From: Blasia pusilla
Taxonomy: Eukaryota
Direction of reading: 5' to 3'
Assembly (NCBI GenBank): GCA_050084515.1
Contig: CM114271.1
Span: forward strand, 46,810,001 to 46,874,000
Length of the DNA: 64,000 nt
The translations under genes were made by a program, and so were the position numbers. Numbering within the stretch: the stretch's first letter is position 1; every line of letters begins with the position of its first letter. Positions 1-14,496 of this stretch are shown piece by piece. Below the pieces are notes generated by a model. It did no database searches and had not been told where the DNA came from. It was given only the letters and a program-made list of their open reading frames with translations.

Positions 1-955
1 ATATGGAGAGAGGAGAAAAAAATCCTTTGACGCATCACTTCTAAGATCATGTCTAGTGAAGAGTGTCACATCTTATTTTGATGTAGATAGAGTTCTATCG
101 CGTCGACGACATTGAGAATTAGCGGGCTATTGGGGTGTAACTTCGTCTCGCGATGTCGGATGAGGTTGGCGACACGTCTGTTGAGTCGGGAACGTCGTTT
201 ATGGTGATTTCCCTATTTTGGTTTTAGGCTTTCAGGTGACCCATCGGGTAACCTGTACACGCAGGTTACCGTTTGGAGGGCTATTTTTGGGGGAAGAGCC
301 TTTTGGCTCTTCCCAAAGGTATAAGAGTGAGAGAGATGGCTTTCTCAAGCCATCTTTCTCATGTTGAGCCTTAGGAGCGCCTCTCTTGCATAGACGTATG
401 TGGGTGTGTAGGAGTTAGGGTGGTAGCGTCTGGATTTCCTCATAGCATAGGGTGGATGTGGTTTGATATGCCAATGTAGATTCATGAGTGGAGTCTTAGG
501 CCGGGTAAGCGGTTTCTACTACTCTTGATTTTACATGAGAAAGATGTCAAGGGGCTGATGGGAATTTTTTGTTTGCAGTCAGGCAAGCGAGTTGCCTCGA
601 TTGGAGAGCCCTGGAGACGTACTTGTGGCATTTTGTGTGTTGTTTTCTATTCAGAAGGTTTTGCGCGGAAGCACTTTCCGTTTATCTCAAATCTTGTTGG
701 TGCGGGTTGACGGGGGACAAAAATAGAGCGTAACGTCTAGTGGGACGGCAAGTACACGCGAGTCAGCATTTTCGGGAAATGGCAAGAGTATCGGGAAAGA
801 GGAAGAGAAGGCTAGGGCAAGACCATGGTAGCTGCCATGAGAGCTAGGTCGCAGCCGTCGGTCTTGGGTTAGGTTAGGTCAAACGTACGTGGTATGTAGT
901 ATAGTCGAGGGTGGGGTCCCGGGGAGTGTGCAGACTAGGGCTAAGTGGGATGAGG
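1..955 (+). repeat. Left arm of a large inverted duplication (partner 5932-6797); contains an LTR-A-like start TGTCACATC at 64
   Basis: 1-955 is the reverse complement of 6797-5932 (ATATGGAGAGAGG... vs ...CTCTCTCCATAT). The twin ORFs 525..710(+) and 6088..6273(-) are near-identical. About 100 bp (711-809) is absent from the right arm. Confidence 0.95.
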
Positions 956-1055
956 TCCTATAACTCCTTAGGAACTTATGTATTCGACGCCGCTCTCCTC
1001 CTGTCAACTTAGGGCCCATATCTAGCTCCCAAGTCTCCATCGTGACTACGTAAGA

Positions 1056-1549
1056 TCCAATCTCTCTCTACACCATCCCACACCATAGCTCTCAAAGTTG
1101 TGCACTCTCTCTCTCTCTCATGTCAAACCAAACCCACTCTCCTAATGAGAGGTTTGGGTTACACTCACAAGGCAAGGAACCATAGCTCCGCCGCCTCATG
1201 ACAAGAGGTTCAACGAAGAGAGAATGAGCTCTCAAGCTCTCTCTCCTTGAGATATACCCCTCCCCTCTCCCAAACTCTCTCCATGGTAACCTATTCTCCT
1301 TGGTTCTTGACCTTATGTAGGAGGTCAAGGTCCACTTGCCAAAAATAGAAAGTTGATCATATACTCAAAATGGTACTTGCCTAAAATAGTAAGTTCCTCA
1401 ATATGGCTCCAAATGAGCCGAAACGAAGGGAAAACCTGCTCTCTCAGGTTTCCCAGGGCCTCAGCATGTCATCCTCAATCTATTGAGTGTGTCCTCCACT
1501 ACTCACAAAGATGCTCTACTAGATCTCACCGATCTATCCTAAAAGATGT
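1056..1549 (-). mobile_element. LTR family B fragment (3'-truncated), fused to protease coding sequence
   Basis: Reverse complement matches solo LTR 14497-15120 (TTTAGGATAGATCGGTGAGATCTAGTAGAG...GAGAGCTCATTCTCT...). It joins the PR frame at a TCAC microhomology near 1549. Confidence 0.85.
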
Positions 1550-4500
1550 GAGAGTGATCAACGTATCCCCACGTGGTCGACCACCACTACTCCCTGCAAA
1601 CTGCACCGGTAGATGGCTCACCCTTCCATCACCTGATCGCCAGTATGGCCGATAAGAAACCGTCTCCTCCCAAAAATCCAGAATGAAACCTAGAGGGTAC
1701 AACATCGTACTCCCTACCAACCCATCATACGACTCTGCCGATGTCATAATCGCCCGAGTGCGCACCATTGCACTATCCGTCTCATGCTCTAGCTGAAGTC
1801 TAATCACTAACTTTTACAGAGTCATGTATTGCGTGGATGATACGCCCTCAATAGAGGTCTGTATCTGAAAGGGACAGCGCTCAATGTCGCCTTTCCGTAA
1901 ATCCAACGCCAAACACGCCGCCTTCCCTAACATCAAGGGTTGGGCTCCTGAATCAAGTAGAACGGACTACGGATGGTACACTGTACCTCTAGGACTAACC
2001 AAGCGAAACACTCCTACTCGGTTATCCAACAATACCACACCTGGTGTGATCATGGCTCGCTCTATCGCTCGCCTAGCTGGCATATCTACCAACTTTGCCG
2101 CCGCCGCATGCCATGAGGGTAAGTCCACCATCTCCTAAACCACCTCTGAATGAGAGGCAATCACCTCTCCACGCCCACATAACGTGGCGGCCAGCTGGAA
2201 CACCTCCGTTGGTCCAACTCCCAAAGTCTCCAACTCCATGGCGGAAAACAACGGAGCCTAGCTCACCCTAGTGGCCACCTCCAACAACGTGGTTGACATT
2301 GGCTCCTCCCGAGCCGGCATAGGAGCAGACTCTCTAACTCCTCGTGACGTCGACCAACCTGCCTGACCTGTAGGCACCGCTGGTTGTCGAGGCACCATCA
2401 ATGGTATGTGTAGTGCCTCGGACAATGTGAATAATTGTGGAATCCTGGCCTATTGCCCATCAGTCCCCTCCTGTGGGTCAATCTCAACCCCAACTCTTTG
2501 TGGCTCGGTCACTCTTGCAGCACCCCGAGTCACCACCGCAATAGTCTCAACCTGAGCCGCACTGCACATAAACCTCAACCCCATATAGTCCTCCCCCGTA
2601 GCCTGATACGATGTGGAGGCTTGCGCCACACTAGCTACTCTGGGCTCTGTGCCTATCACTGCCTGCATCATCATCATGGCAAGAATCATGTGCTCTAATT
2701 GATCGATGCGAGTGAGGAGCATTGCATCGTGTGCACATCCTCCATCTCCTGTGACTAGTGATGGCACTCTATCACCACAATCATCAACTCCTCCATCTCC
2801 ACCAACTCTCTCGCCCTAGGCCCTCTGCCTACCTTTGGACATATCCTTCGGCGAAGATCAAAACACCTATCTCTTGTGTGACCATATCGATGACAATGAT
2901 CACACTGCAACTATGGTCGGGCTATCCTCTGTGGCTCCTGAGCAATCGGAGGCGCCCGTGGCCCTCTCCCATGCTGTGGGCAGTCCCTCTGCCTATGTGG
3001 CCCACCACACGTCCAACAAGCCAACCTTGGTCCCTGCTGGGAAACACATGTCAATACGGGTCGTTGCCTCATCGTCTCACGATACCCGCCCTGTTCTCAG
3101 GGCTCACCGGCCTGCTTCTGTGATACTAGTGCATGATCAGATACCTGTGGGTCTACTCCTACTTGACAACCCGTCGAATCTCGCAAAAATCCCGCGGTCA
3201 CCACCTACTCCTCACTCATATTGAGCTCTACTCGCTCAGACAACTCAAAGGCCACCTTCAATGTGGGCTTCGCCGTGTGAAGCAACATTGCATCCCGAAC
3301 TCTCCTCCATACCTCCTCGTCTAGCACCCCATACCAATATTGCACTGACTGCGCCTCAGTCACCCCATATGTGGCAATGATCAATCGTCGCATGCGCGTG
3401 GACACCTCCCTCAAACTCTCACCCGATCTCCACTGAAAATCATGTAGACTCTTTAGCTTGTCGGTCCGCACACCCTGGTAGCTCCTCCCCAACTGTCGGA
3501 AGAACTCTACTGTAGGACTGAAACTCGGTGGTCCTCTACCACGAGATTTCTCTGCCACCTCACCACTCTCACTACCATCCTCTCCATCTAGTCCACGGGC
3601 TGATGGTGAAGGTCTCTCCGCTCTCACTATCCCATCATACGCCTCCCGACCACTAGTGAACACATATCCTGGAGCCCAATACACCCTCCAGGCATCAATC
3701 TCTACAGAGTATAGAGATGGGAACTCCATGTAATCATCCATCGGCGAACCCTCCAAGTGTTGGAACAACCCCTTCCAAGCCATAAAAGAGTTGAACCGCG
3801 TAGGGGTCTGTATCTCCTGGAAGTCACAACACATATCAAACTCCTGGATGAAATCATCTAGATCTATGGTGCCTACCGCACCCAAGAAATGACGCAGCCC
3901 CAGTGGCCCATGTCATCCATCTCTCCCCACATGATACTGTCCCCGTCTACAATCTTGTCACCAGACCCATTGTCCAGTGATGATGATCCAAGCACGGATG
4001 GAAGTCAAGGTGGCTCCTCACTCGTAACTCCTCGGTATCGCAATCCATTCCATGTCACACCACCACTACTACTCGAACTACCCCGTTCTTCCCAACCCTG
4101 GAAGAACGCCGTAAAGATCACCCTATCTCATCCACTCAACACTCACACTCACCAAGAGTCTCCCATGCTCCGCACTAGCTCACCTATGCTAATGGTAACC
4201 CCGTGATGACACACCCAGCCTCACACACACTCAATACTCCGGCTCACCATGAGCCTCTCGACTATCTCACCTAATCACCAACATACGGTTGGGTCATACA
4301 CTCGACCCCTAATCGGAAACCACCGTGTAAAACATACTACATATGCAAGAAGTCTACACTCGTCACCATAACTGAACCCATCTATTACCTGCTACTTCCC
4401 GATCCAGCACTCTCACTGACACGAGACAAGTGCGGGAAAAAGGGACTCAAATGGGTAACCTAAACATGCCCTCCAACCAACTGCACCGTCAACACCAACT

Positions 4501-4830
4501 CCTCCATGTGATATGGCAACCTCAGCAGCACGACACTCTCCTCCACCAAAACGTCAAACCTCCCATCATCACGTGCAGACATCCGTCAGCATCGGTACGT
4601 GCGTCTCCATCACAATTCTCCATCCCAACCTCTCGACGCAGATTATCCATCCCGCTTGCAGTCAGGAACGACAAATACACTTGCCTCATAAATCCTACTT
4701 CCTGCTCTAACACCACCTCCACCAAAATCCCTGCTACCATGTCGACTTCCCAACCATGTTCAGCTTGACCATTTAGTTGCTCAACTGCATCAAGGATCCT
4801 ACCACATACTCCAGCATTACCTTGGCCCAA
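1550..4830 (-). pseudogene. Ty3/gypsy gag-protease remnant (same family as the pol at 37857-40940)
   Basis: Gag-like ORF 3205..3885; CCHC zinc knuckle CDHCHRYGHTRDRC at 2863-2904; aspartic protease motif VLLDSGAQPLMLG near 1925-1963; PR tail YRPYWRSGDGRVSHLPVQF matches YRPGWQSSDGRLSSLPVRF in ORF 40295..40837. Several stops and frameshifts. Confidence 0.85.
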
Positions 4831-5931
4831 TCCTAGCCCCGTCTCGCGAATACTACGTCCGCTTCTCCAACCCCGTTTCTCATTTCGACCATGTGCGTTC
4901 TACCAGGGGGGTTTTAAATGCAGGGTTTGGGGGGCATGCCCGTGCCCTTATGCGAGACGGACCATCTTAAATGCGGGGAAGAGGGCCCTGACCTGCACCC
5001 CTATGCGGCCGTTCTCCATTCCTCCCCCACCCGTGACTCACACCTCCCTTCCCTCATCCCAACCAATGTCCGGGGTTACGTGTTGACCTAGTCGGAAGAA
5101 ATTTAGAATTTCCAATTCATTTTGCAAATCAACGGCCAAAACCGGCAGAATACAAAGTTCTCCTTTGTATTTGTATCTCTTTAGCCAGCCGGATTCAGGA
5201 AAATATCAAAAATTACCGTTCTCGTCTGTAGAGACCGGAAATGTACCGGTTCTCGCCAAAAAACTACCCGGACCCTGACCCCAACACACTCCTTCCTCCT
5301 TACACTCTCCTCCCTCCATGTTCCGCCTTGGCCTAAACTCCCCGTGCCTCTGGAGTGTGAACTCCTCCACCGCATTAACTCACACTCCCCCCATTCTCGG
5401 GGCTCCGGCAAAGGAGTCCTTCCTTCTTATGGGCACGCGGCCCTATGTGCGGCTATCCGGCCCTCCACTGCCACCTGGCTGAGCCCGGCTCCGTCGAGTC
5501 CGCCAGCGTGTAGCCCTGACCGGACTCCCTCCTTAACTCTATGCGGGTCCGCTGCCCTATGCAGCCCCGCTCACGCTCTCCCACCTTAACTCCGGTCATG
5601 GCTTGCATACCCTAGCCAAACTGGCCACTGTCCGAACCTCATAGCTCCACAACTCGCGGCTCTTCCCGTGACTAGACCTCACCTTGTGCACGCGCACAAT
5701 TCCTTATGGAGTCCTTCCGTCCTTTCCGAACGCCGCTTGCCCAGCTCTATTCCCAACTCTTACCTCCCATTGGACATCGTGCCATGTCACCACTCCCAAC
5801 TTAACTCCCCGATTTACCTCCCATGTACCTTAGTCGTGTTTCCCGTCCCTGACCTTGTCTACTGCTTTAGCCCCGCAAGACTTCCCCGCTTCACGGCTCC
5901 CAACCTTGCTCTCCACGTAAGTTGGGATGAT

Positions 5932-6797
5932 CCTCATCCCACTTAGCCCCTGTCTGCACACTCTCCTGGACCCCACCCTTGACTATACTACATACCACGT
6001 ACGTTTGACCTAACCTAACCCGAGACCGGCGGCTGCGACCTAGCTCTCATGGAAGCTACCATGGCCCCTGCCCTAGCCATGGTCTTGTTAACCCGCACCA
6101 ACAAGATCTGAGAAAAACGGACAGTGCTTCCGTGCAAAACCTTCTAAATAGAAAACAACAGAAAAAATGCCACAAATACGTCTCCAGGGCTCTCCAACCA
6201 AGGCAAATCGCTTGCCTACCTGAAAATAACAAATTCTCATCAGCCTCTTGACATCTTTCTCATGTAAAATCAAGAGTACTAGAAACGGCTTACCCGGCCT
6301 AAGACTCCACTCATGAATCTACATGGGCATATCAAACCACATCCACCCTCTACTATGAGGAAATCCGGACCCTACCACCCTAACTCCTACACACCCACAG
6401 TCTTCTATGCAAGAGAGGCGCTCCTAAGGCTCAACATGAGAAAGATGGCTTGAGAAAGCCATCTCTCTCACTTTTATACCTTTGGGAAGAGCCAAAAGGC
6501 TCTTCCCCCAAAAATAGCCCTCCAAACGGTAACCTGCGTGTACAGGTTACCCGGTGGGTCACCTGAAAGCCTAAAACCAAAATAGGGAAATCGCCATAAA
6601 CGACATTCCCGACTCAAGAGACGTGTTGCCAACCTCATCCGACATCCCGAGACGAAGTTACACCCGAATAGCCCGCTAATTCTCAATGTCGTCGACGCGA
6701 TAGAACTCTACCTACATCAAAATAAGATGTGACACTCTTCACTAGACATGATCTTAGAAGTGATGCGTCAAAGGATTTTTTTCTCCTCTCTCCATAT
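5932..6797 (-). repeat. Right arm of the inverted duplication; LTR-A-like start at 6734 reading minus
   Basis: Reverse complement of 1-955, including 63 bp of non-LTR flank (6735-6797). Confidence 0.95.
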
Positions 6798-8683
6798 GAC
6801 AAAAGTCAAGCCGAACTTTAAACTGATGGGTTGTAGGAGCTTCCAACCAACCGATTAGTTTAAAGCCTCCTTCGGAGAATTGGAACAACAAAACTCCCAA
6901 GAGTGATTGGTCGTATGACATTTCAGATGGATGGATTTAGAGTGCTTGAGAATGATCACATATCCCTCTAATTTTTTCTCCATTACTCAAACAAACTACC
7001 CGTCATTTAAATGGTTTTGAATGACGATGTCAAAATTAATTTCACACCAAAGGCTTCATTTTTACTCCATAAAATATGGTTGGGTAACATTTCTTTTGGA
7101 AAATCCAAAGAATCATCATAGCTACATTCAAACCCTAAGGAACCACTCAAAGAAATATTAGACATCTCCATACAACACCGTATAATTTGAAGATTGGCTC
7201 CTTTGTCACATCTTATTTTGACATAGGTAGAGTTATATCGCGTCGACGGCATAGAAAGCCAGCGGGCTATTTGGGTGTAACTTTGTCTCGAGATGTCGGA
7301 TGAGGTTGGCGACAGATCTGTTGTGTCAAGTGTATCATTTATGACCATTTCACTTTTTTGGTTTTAGTCGGGAAAGTGCCTCGTTGACCGAGTCAACAGT
7401 CACCCGGTAACCTGTGCACGAAGGTTACCGTTGGTAGGGCTATTTTTGGGGGAAGAGCGTTTTGGCTCTTCACAAGGGCATAAGAGTGAGGAAGATGGCT
7501 TTCCCAAGCCATATTTCTCATGTTGAGCCTTAGGAGCGCCTCTCTTGCCTAGACGTGTGTGGATGTGTAAGAGTTAGCACTAGTAGAAAAATAGGTCATT
7601 TTAAACCCACACGTTTGTGACGTGTGTTACTAAGAGTCATTTGAATTACACTTAGTTACTCCAAAATCGATCTAATGATTCAAGAATTACTCACGTGATG
7701 GCTTAGTGATATTAAGTGACTAAACCATCACTTAGAGAGGGGGAAGATAACTAATAATAATATTTTTTATTATATATAATTTCCCTTCCAAACTTGACTT
7801 TAAATTTAATTTTTTAGTGTTTAAAATAACTTTTTGAAAAATAAATTTTTAGAATGGAAATTCAATAGAACATGAAAGAGAATCAAAATTTCTTCATAAA
7901 AATTATTTTTTTAATAATATAATTACTAAAACCTCTTTTCTATTAGATTTGCATAGACAAAATTTAAAGAGTCATAAGGTTTCACACGTGGCGTTCATCA
8001 GGAGCGTCTTAAGAGTATGATTTAGGTTTTACTTTGCTTTGTTTTCCCATGAGCATATTATATGCCAATACGAGCATTTTGGAGCCCATTGAGCTTTGGC
8101 GGGAGAGGTGCGGAGGATAGGAAGTGGGCTCTAGCCCCCAAGAGTGAGCATTGTGGAGGAGGTCAACTCAGATTTTGGGAAGGTCTCTCTCTCACAATCG
8201 GAAGTTGATCGTTGCGCACGAGGAAAGGGTTGGATTCCAGGCTCTCTGAAGAAGAAAGGCCTCTATGTCCTTTTCGGACTCGGAAAGGACATAGAGGCCA
8301 TTCTTAGGCATGGTTTAGGGCGAGTGGTATATTCTTTCCTGCGTAGCATATGCTAAAAAGGCAAACATGCAGGCATAAAGCATGGAACTCCAAGGGAAGG
8401 GTTTCGATCATAACATTCCTCTCCGCTTATTTTGGACTAAGGGCACAATTTTTTTATGTAGTCTGATTTCCCTTTCCGTCCCTTACCCTCTTTGTCTCGC
8501 TCTCTCGTTTCTCTTTGTATTTCCCTCTCCCTTGGTTGAGCTTATATTGTCGAGTGGCTCCAAACTTTGCATTCGCGCACTTATTGGAAAGGCTTGCAAT
8601 ATTGTTTGCTTTGAGCCCTAAATAGCAAATACCTCCTTGTACTTCAAAACATTGGACCAGTATACAATGCCTTCTATCGAATG

Positions 8684-8787
<104 letters not shown>

Positions 8788-9779
8788 GAGATTTTCGATC
8801 AAATTCAATTGAAGACGAGACATTTCCGTGACTCCTTCAGGATTTCATGTCTATGTATATAGCAAGGCTCCAAATTTGCGCATCAATACATCGTTCATTC
8901 ACTGCTACGACCACATACCTAGCAATATTGCTATAATTTTTGGGCGACGCCCCCAAAGGAAAATCATCCGATTGATAGAGAGAGATACGCTGATATTTTG
9001 TTCTTTCGTATTAAAGAAAATAGGAGACTCAAAGGGTGGAAGAACGTTGCATGATACAAATTTCATGGTGTGTAACCTACAAGGAGTTGAGAGAGGCGGG
9101 GTGGATTTTGGCTATGTTATAGAACACACTTTGTGGCTAGGAATCAAGGTGTTGTGGTTGGTCTATAGGTTTTGCACTTCATTTTACTAAGCCATTTCAA
9201 AATTCTTCAAAGGGGTTTATTTTGCGTTGGAGCCCTGTCCTCGTGGTTCAGAGGATCCAAAAATTTGTGTGCACAGATGGGATGAGTGATTCCTTCAACT
9301 AGAAAAATATCCCCGTTGGTTTTTCTTCTTGGTTCGAGTTGGTTGTGATTTTCAACGCGATATAGCTAGGTGATTTACTTCAGACTCGGAATGAATCACC
9401 CAACTCAGATTCAGATCAAAGGTATCACCTTTCCGATCTTCTAGGTTGTTGAGTCCTCCCACTAGAATTGCAGTGCCCTCAAAAATTTTGATCGCTTAGT
9501 TGTATAAGCAATCATGGTATATGTCTCTCACTCTGTGAATGTTCTGGTTCTAGGGGTTCTGTTCTGGGGCGCGAGTCAAATACGGTGTGTTTTGTTTCCT
9601 GATTGCGGGTTCATGCTTCTTTCATCTTACCTCAGTTTGTGATTCACGTTGTCAAATGGCGTGAAGATTTGTGGTATGAAGTGCATGAGTCTTCAAGTAG
9701 TCATATAAGTAGCCTTGCCTCATGTTATAGGCAGGTGTTGAAACTCACGCTGGCTATAAGTTTCAGCTATAAGTGCAAG

Positions 9780-10470
9780 CATCCAAGCTCCCAGAAGGGC
9801 CTGAACTGTGGGAGCAAGATGAGAATGCATTTGTGGATACCATAAGCAAGACGCTCATAGCAGAATTGCACGGAGGAAGCCATGAAAATTTTTGGCCTCT
9901 CTCTTTTGACGATATATCCTGAGAAGGCATAACTAAAGAACTATTTGCGGGAAACCCCTTGCTTTGGAACCCAGCTCAAGTTCAAGTTCAGGACGTGGGC
10001 AATCCCCTTGAACCATATATAAGAAAACCAGGATGGTAACACAACTAAACTCTTGCGCCTTGTGTGATGATGGGGATGAAACCTCTAGTCACTACTTGGT
10101 CTTCTGCGCAAAATTCACAACACACAGAGCAAGAGCATATGTTGATATTGCTAAGAAGGTAACACCAGAATTTTTCAACACATTCAATAGCCTTGATTTA
10201 TTGCCCAAAGTTGTTGCACTAGTAAGTAATGTCTATTGGGGATCCCAATCAGGTGAAGTAGATAGTGTGGTGAAGAGTTTCTTGGTTGACACTTGGAAGC
10301 TCCTCACAAACACGTTGTTTGGTCAGCACTCACACTATATGAGAGTGTCTCCCTCCTCTCATATGGTACCTTCTTCACTTGCTCCTCTCTCTACACCCAT
10401 CCAAGTCTAAAGCACCGTCAAACCAAGGCGCGAGGTCTATGGTCACAAGACTACGATAGGCACTACTTAA
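9780..10470 (+). mobile_element. 5'-truncated non-LTR retrotransposon (LINE ORF2 C-terminus) inside the CACTA
   Basis: GTQLKFKFRTWAIPL followed by CALCDDGDETSSHYLVFC, the C-x2-C...ET-x2-H-x4-C zinc-binding motif typical of LINE ORF2 ends. Stops and frameshifts present; boundaries approximate. Confidence 0.7.
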
Positions 10471-12494
10471 TGAGTACAGTCTCTCTCACTCAAGGTTGCA
10501 AGGTTGCGACAAGCACTACTTACTGAGTAGAGTCTCTCTCTGTGGAAACTCGTCAACTCTCAAGTGTCAATGATTTGGCTTATGCTCTACGGTGGCTGTG
10601 CTTTGCTTGGTTCCGAGCCTCTTTCCTTTGTTAGAGTGGTGTGGTGAGGAGAAGCTGCATGGGAAATTGCAAAAATTCTACGGAAGCAGCGAGGTCTCAA
10701 TGTAAGTCTCGTGTGGTGTGTGTAGTACTTCTTTGAACGTATTTAGGATTATCATCGTATGTGTCCCACATGGTCGAGCAATGAAATAATACATAATTTG
10801 TTGTGTTGTACTCCAATTGGAGTAAAGGTATCAAAGCAACCTGATATAAATGGCAAGACTACACGAGTATGAGTAGATAAATTTTTATTTTTATAGAGTC
10901 TATCTTTTCTAGAGTTGCTTCAAAAAAGTCATCCGGCCATTAGCTGAGGAGATTATTGAAGGTAGTTAGAGCTACAGTGATGCGCTTATATATAGTATAA
11001 ACTCGTCAATATCGTAGTGGATCACACAATCTAGGATGCAAAATAGGAGAATGGCAAAGTTTAGAGGGGATGGAGTTCCCTTGGGAGGAGAGGATCTGCC
11101 ACTATTGCAAGGAGAAGCATAGTGGGCATATAATAAGAAGATGAAAGTCTTGCAATATTCCTCTGCCTTTTGTATTACAGAATAAGGTTGGACCTTTTGT
11201 TGTGTACTCTCTTGTCTCTGGTTTGTCTGTACCTTGGCCCTTGATCTTTGTTGAAGCTCAAGTGAATTACATACGTTTCAGTTCTCCTTCTTATACTCAT
11301 CAGAGATGGAGATATTACTTTTCCATGTGCATGTAGCATGCACAGAGCCTCTATGAATTGGTTTTGAAACTCTGATTGCACATTACCCTAAAAGTTGGCT
11401 CAACATAATTTCCTGGGAAGTTAACATGGATGTTTTTTATGGTGATGAAATCATCTAGAACCTTTATAATTGAAGATATTGATCGTTCTCAAGTATGTGC
11501 ACCCCTTAGATGTACATCATGCTCTCTGATATTCTAATATTCGATGAGCTATGAGCCGGAATGTTAATTTCATTACGATGCCTTCTGCAAGTCATTCGGC
11601 TTGTCAAGAAAGGGGGATCCAACAGAACATGGGAAGAAGAAGAGAATGAAGAAGAGGTAACACTTGCATTCTTACAAAATTTCCAATAGCTACTGAGTTT
11701 TGTGGGTCTTATTGTTGATCTTGAGAGTTGGAAAATCACTACATTTTGCACAGAAGGAATAGTAAAATGGCCGTGGAACTTCTTTCATGCATTTCAATTA
11801 TTTTTCTTAGAGTTGAAGCAATCCTGCTGCATCAGTATGGCTATGTAAGAAAATGAGGAGAAATGTATAATCTCGTCAATTGTGTAGTTGGCTAGAATTC
11901 TCTCCTAGGAGATATTGTTTTGTTGGAAAAGCACTCCGTTGGTGGCTTTGAATGGAGCAAGTTGGCTCTCACTACTCATTCTTGGTCATGGCAGGAAAAA
12001 ATTGAGCAAGCCAAGATCTTGTGCTTACACGTGAGGGAAAAAGTGGCATAGATGGAAATGAACAGGATTCTTGTGGTTCAGTGGGAAATGTAATCTATAA
12101 TAGCATGTAGGTGCTACACTATACTAGTTTCTTGATAGATCGGTATCTTCTTGATATAGTTTCATGATAGATCCTAGATCTTGATAGATCGGACTCAAGT
12201 TCTTGTTGAAAAAAAATTTTGAACAGCCGCCACCCAAGGTCTGTGTGTTCATGTCCAGTGAGCTGCCTATGGTGCTTAGGCTTCCTTGGGGACCACCCGT
12301 TTGCTACACTTTGATGTGGTTGTCGAGGGAAGGTGTCTTAAGCCAATGAAGGAGTAGGCATCTTGAGGAGTCTAGAGACATTCACGAAATGGAAAATTTG
12401 TCATTTTGGTGTTGATTTCCTTTAGGATCCAGGGCTTCGAGAACCCACTTGTTGCCTTGCATGTGAATGTAGACTGAATTTTGGCTTATGGTGA

Positions 12495-12715
12495 TGCGTT
12501 TAAGGTGGGTGCATGGGGAATGTGTTGTTGGAGTCAAGACATAATGCATATGCATTTCTCATGTCAAGATTTACAATCTGCCATTCTGGAATTGCTTGTG
12601 GGCTTTAGGCATTCAAGGTGGGTCCATGGGGGATTTGTCTTGGAGTCTAGACAAAGTTCATATGCATCTCATAATATTCACATTCTGCCATTCTGCAATT
12701 GGTTGAGGGTTTTGG
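12495..12715. repeat. Two diverged tandem copies of a unit of about 110 bp
   Basis: AAGGTGGGT(G/C)CATGGGG...TTGGAGTC...CATATGCAT...TCTGCCATTCTG occurs twice in tandem. Confidence 0.7.
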
Positions 12716-14496
12716 GACGGGCAGTTGTGAGGATTGACCCTCTCTTTGTTTTCTAATGTGAATGTTGAGTGAAGGTAGGCTTGTGGCGGGAACTTCGAGG
12801 TGAGGAAGGGAAATTTGTGCTTTGACGAGAACTAGGAATCCACACGAATGGCTTGAATGATTCTACACGGTGTTGGTAGCATTAGGACTTAGTGAACGGT
12901 TCTCTTTTCTTGGATGTAAGAGAGAAGCCAACCACCAAGTCATTGATATGTAGGAAGGAGTCATTCGGATGTAGGGGTTATCATGGATACAAAATGGACT
13001 CTAAATGCCGATGTGATGTAAATACTTTTGTCAACAATAATGCAACCTTGTAATACACGAAAGATTAAGTTCTTTTGTGTTACTTATTTTGCATATTGTT
13101 TATCATATAATAGGATTGTAAATGATATGGACAAGTCATTTTCATTGACCCATAGTCATTCTTTTGTGACTCGTCAAGTAATTATTTATTACTTAGAGTA
13201 GTCATTCAAAGTCATTCTTTATGACTCATCGAGTCATTCTTTAAGACTTGTGGAGTCATTTTCTATGACTCGTTCAGTCACTCTTAATGATTCGTCTAGT
13301 CACATTTTATGACTAGACAAGTCATTTTTTATCACTTCACCTAGTCATAAACAATGACTAGGGGAAGTTGTATTTAGTGACTATGTTGAGTATCAAAAAA
13401 GAGACTCATATATAATCGGTTTCAGTTACAACTTATACGACTAGGAGTAATTTTTATGACTATAGTCTGGTTAAGTAATTACTGAGTCTCATAGCCCCGA
13501 TTTGAGTAACATCCACTCATTTTTTGAGTCAATCAGAGGGGGGTTTTCTACTAGTGTAGGGTAGTAGCGTCCGGATTCTCTTGTAACGGAGGGTGGATGT
13601 GGTTCGATATGCCGATGTAGATTCATTAGTGGAATTTTATGCCATGTGAGCCGTGTTTACTACTTTTGATTTTGTTGTAGGGTCTTGGTATATATGCGTG
13701 AGTGTATTTCATTTATGTATGGATCTACCCGTATATTGGGGTAGATCGTGTTATGTGGTATGTAGATGTGAGCAGAAATGTGGGTTTTATAACAATGTAT
13801 ATGCGCATGATATCCTTCTAACCTCAACACGACTCATGAAATATGACGCCTATATACCAAACATAACACCAACAATTTGGTTGGGCCCCCAAGTGTGTTG
13901 TATTAGCTAGAGTGTATACTCTTGAATTTCAAACCACATCACTTGTTGTTGGGTTGAGTAGCATTCTTAGGATTGGGATTACGGAAGTCCGAGTTGCAGA
14001 GGTTTTTGTTTCAAGTTCAAACAACACTTGTTTTTTCTAGTGCACCGGAATTCATGACTTGGTAGGAGTTGATGATGAGGTGGAACCAAAGTACCCTACA
14101 TATGGTTCAATGGTGAGAGCTTTGGAAATGTTTATTAGTGATAGGTCCTACGATGCATTTGTTAGTAGTGTGGTTCGTATCCCATACGTTCACGTTGGGC
14201 TATAATTTATAAAGAAGATTCAACCTCTTATCAACCGGATTGGAAATTATGTATTGCTCATGTCAATCATTTTGTAGTATATGTGGTTAGTAATGTTATT
14301 GGTATGTACTCGGATACAATGATTGGCGTAGCGTACTCTTCGCGGATGGTGAATGAGGTTGATTACTTGTGGGAGGAGCAAGAAGTGTTGGATGATATGT
14401 TGGGTGGAAAGGACCATATTATGCAAGCGGTACCAATGGGTGTCATATAATGGGGACCGATTGTGGGACCATGTGAGTTATTTTAGTGTAGTGTGG

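Noticed and set aside
1-6797. DIRS-like element with inverted terminal repeats
   Set aside because: The interior has an aspartic protease and no tyrosine recombinase, and the duplication includes external flank.
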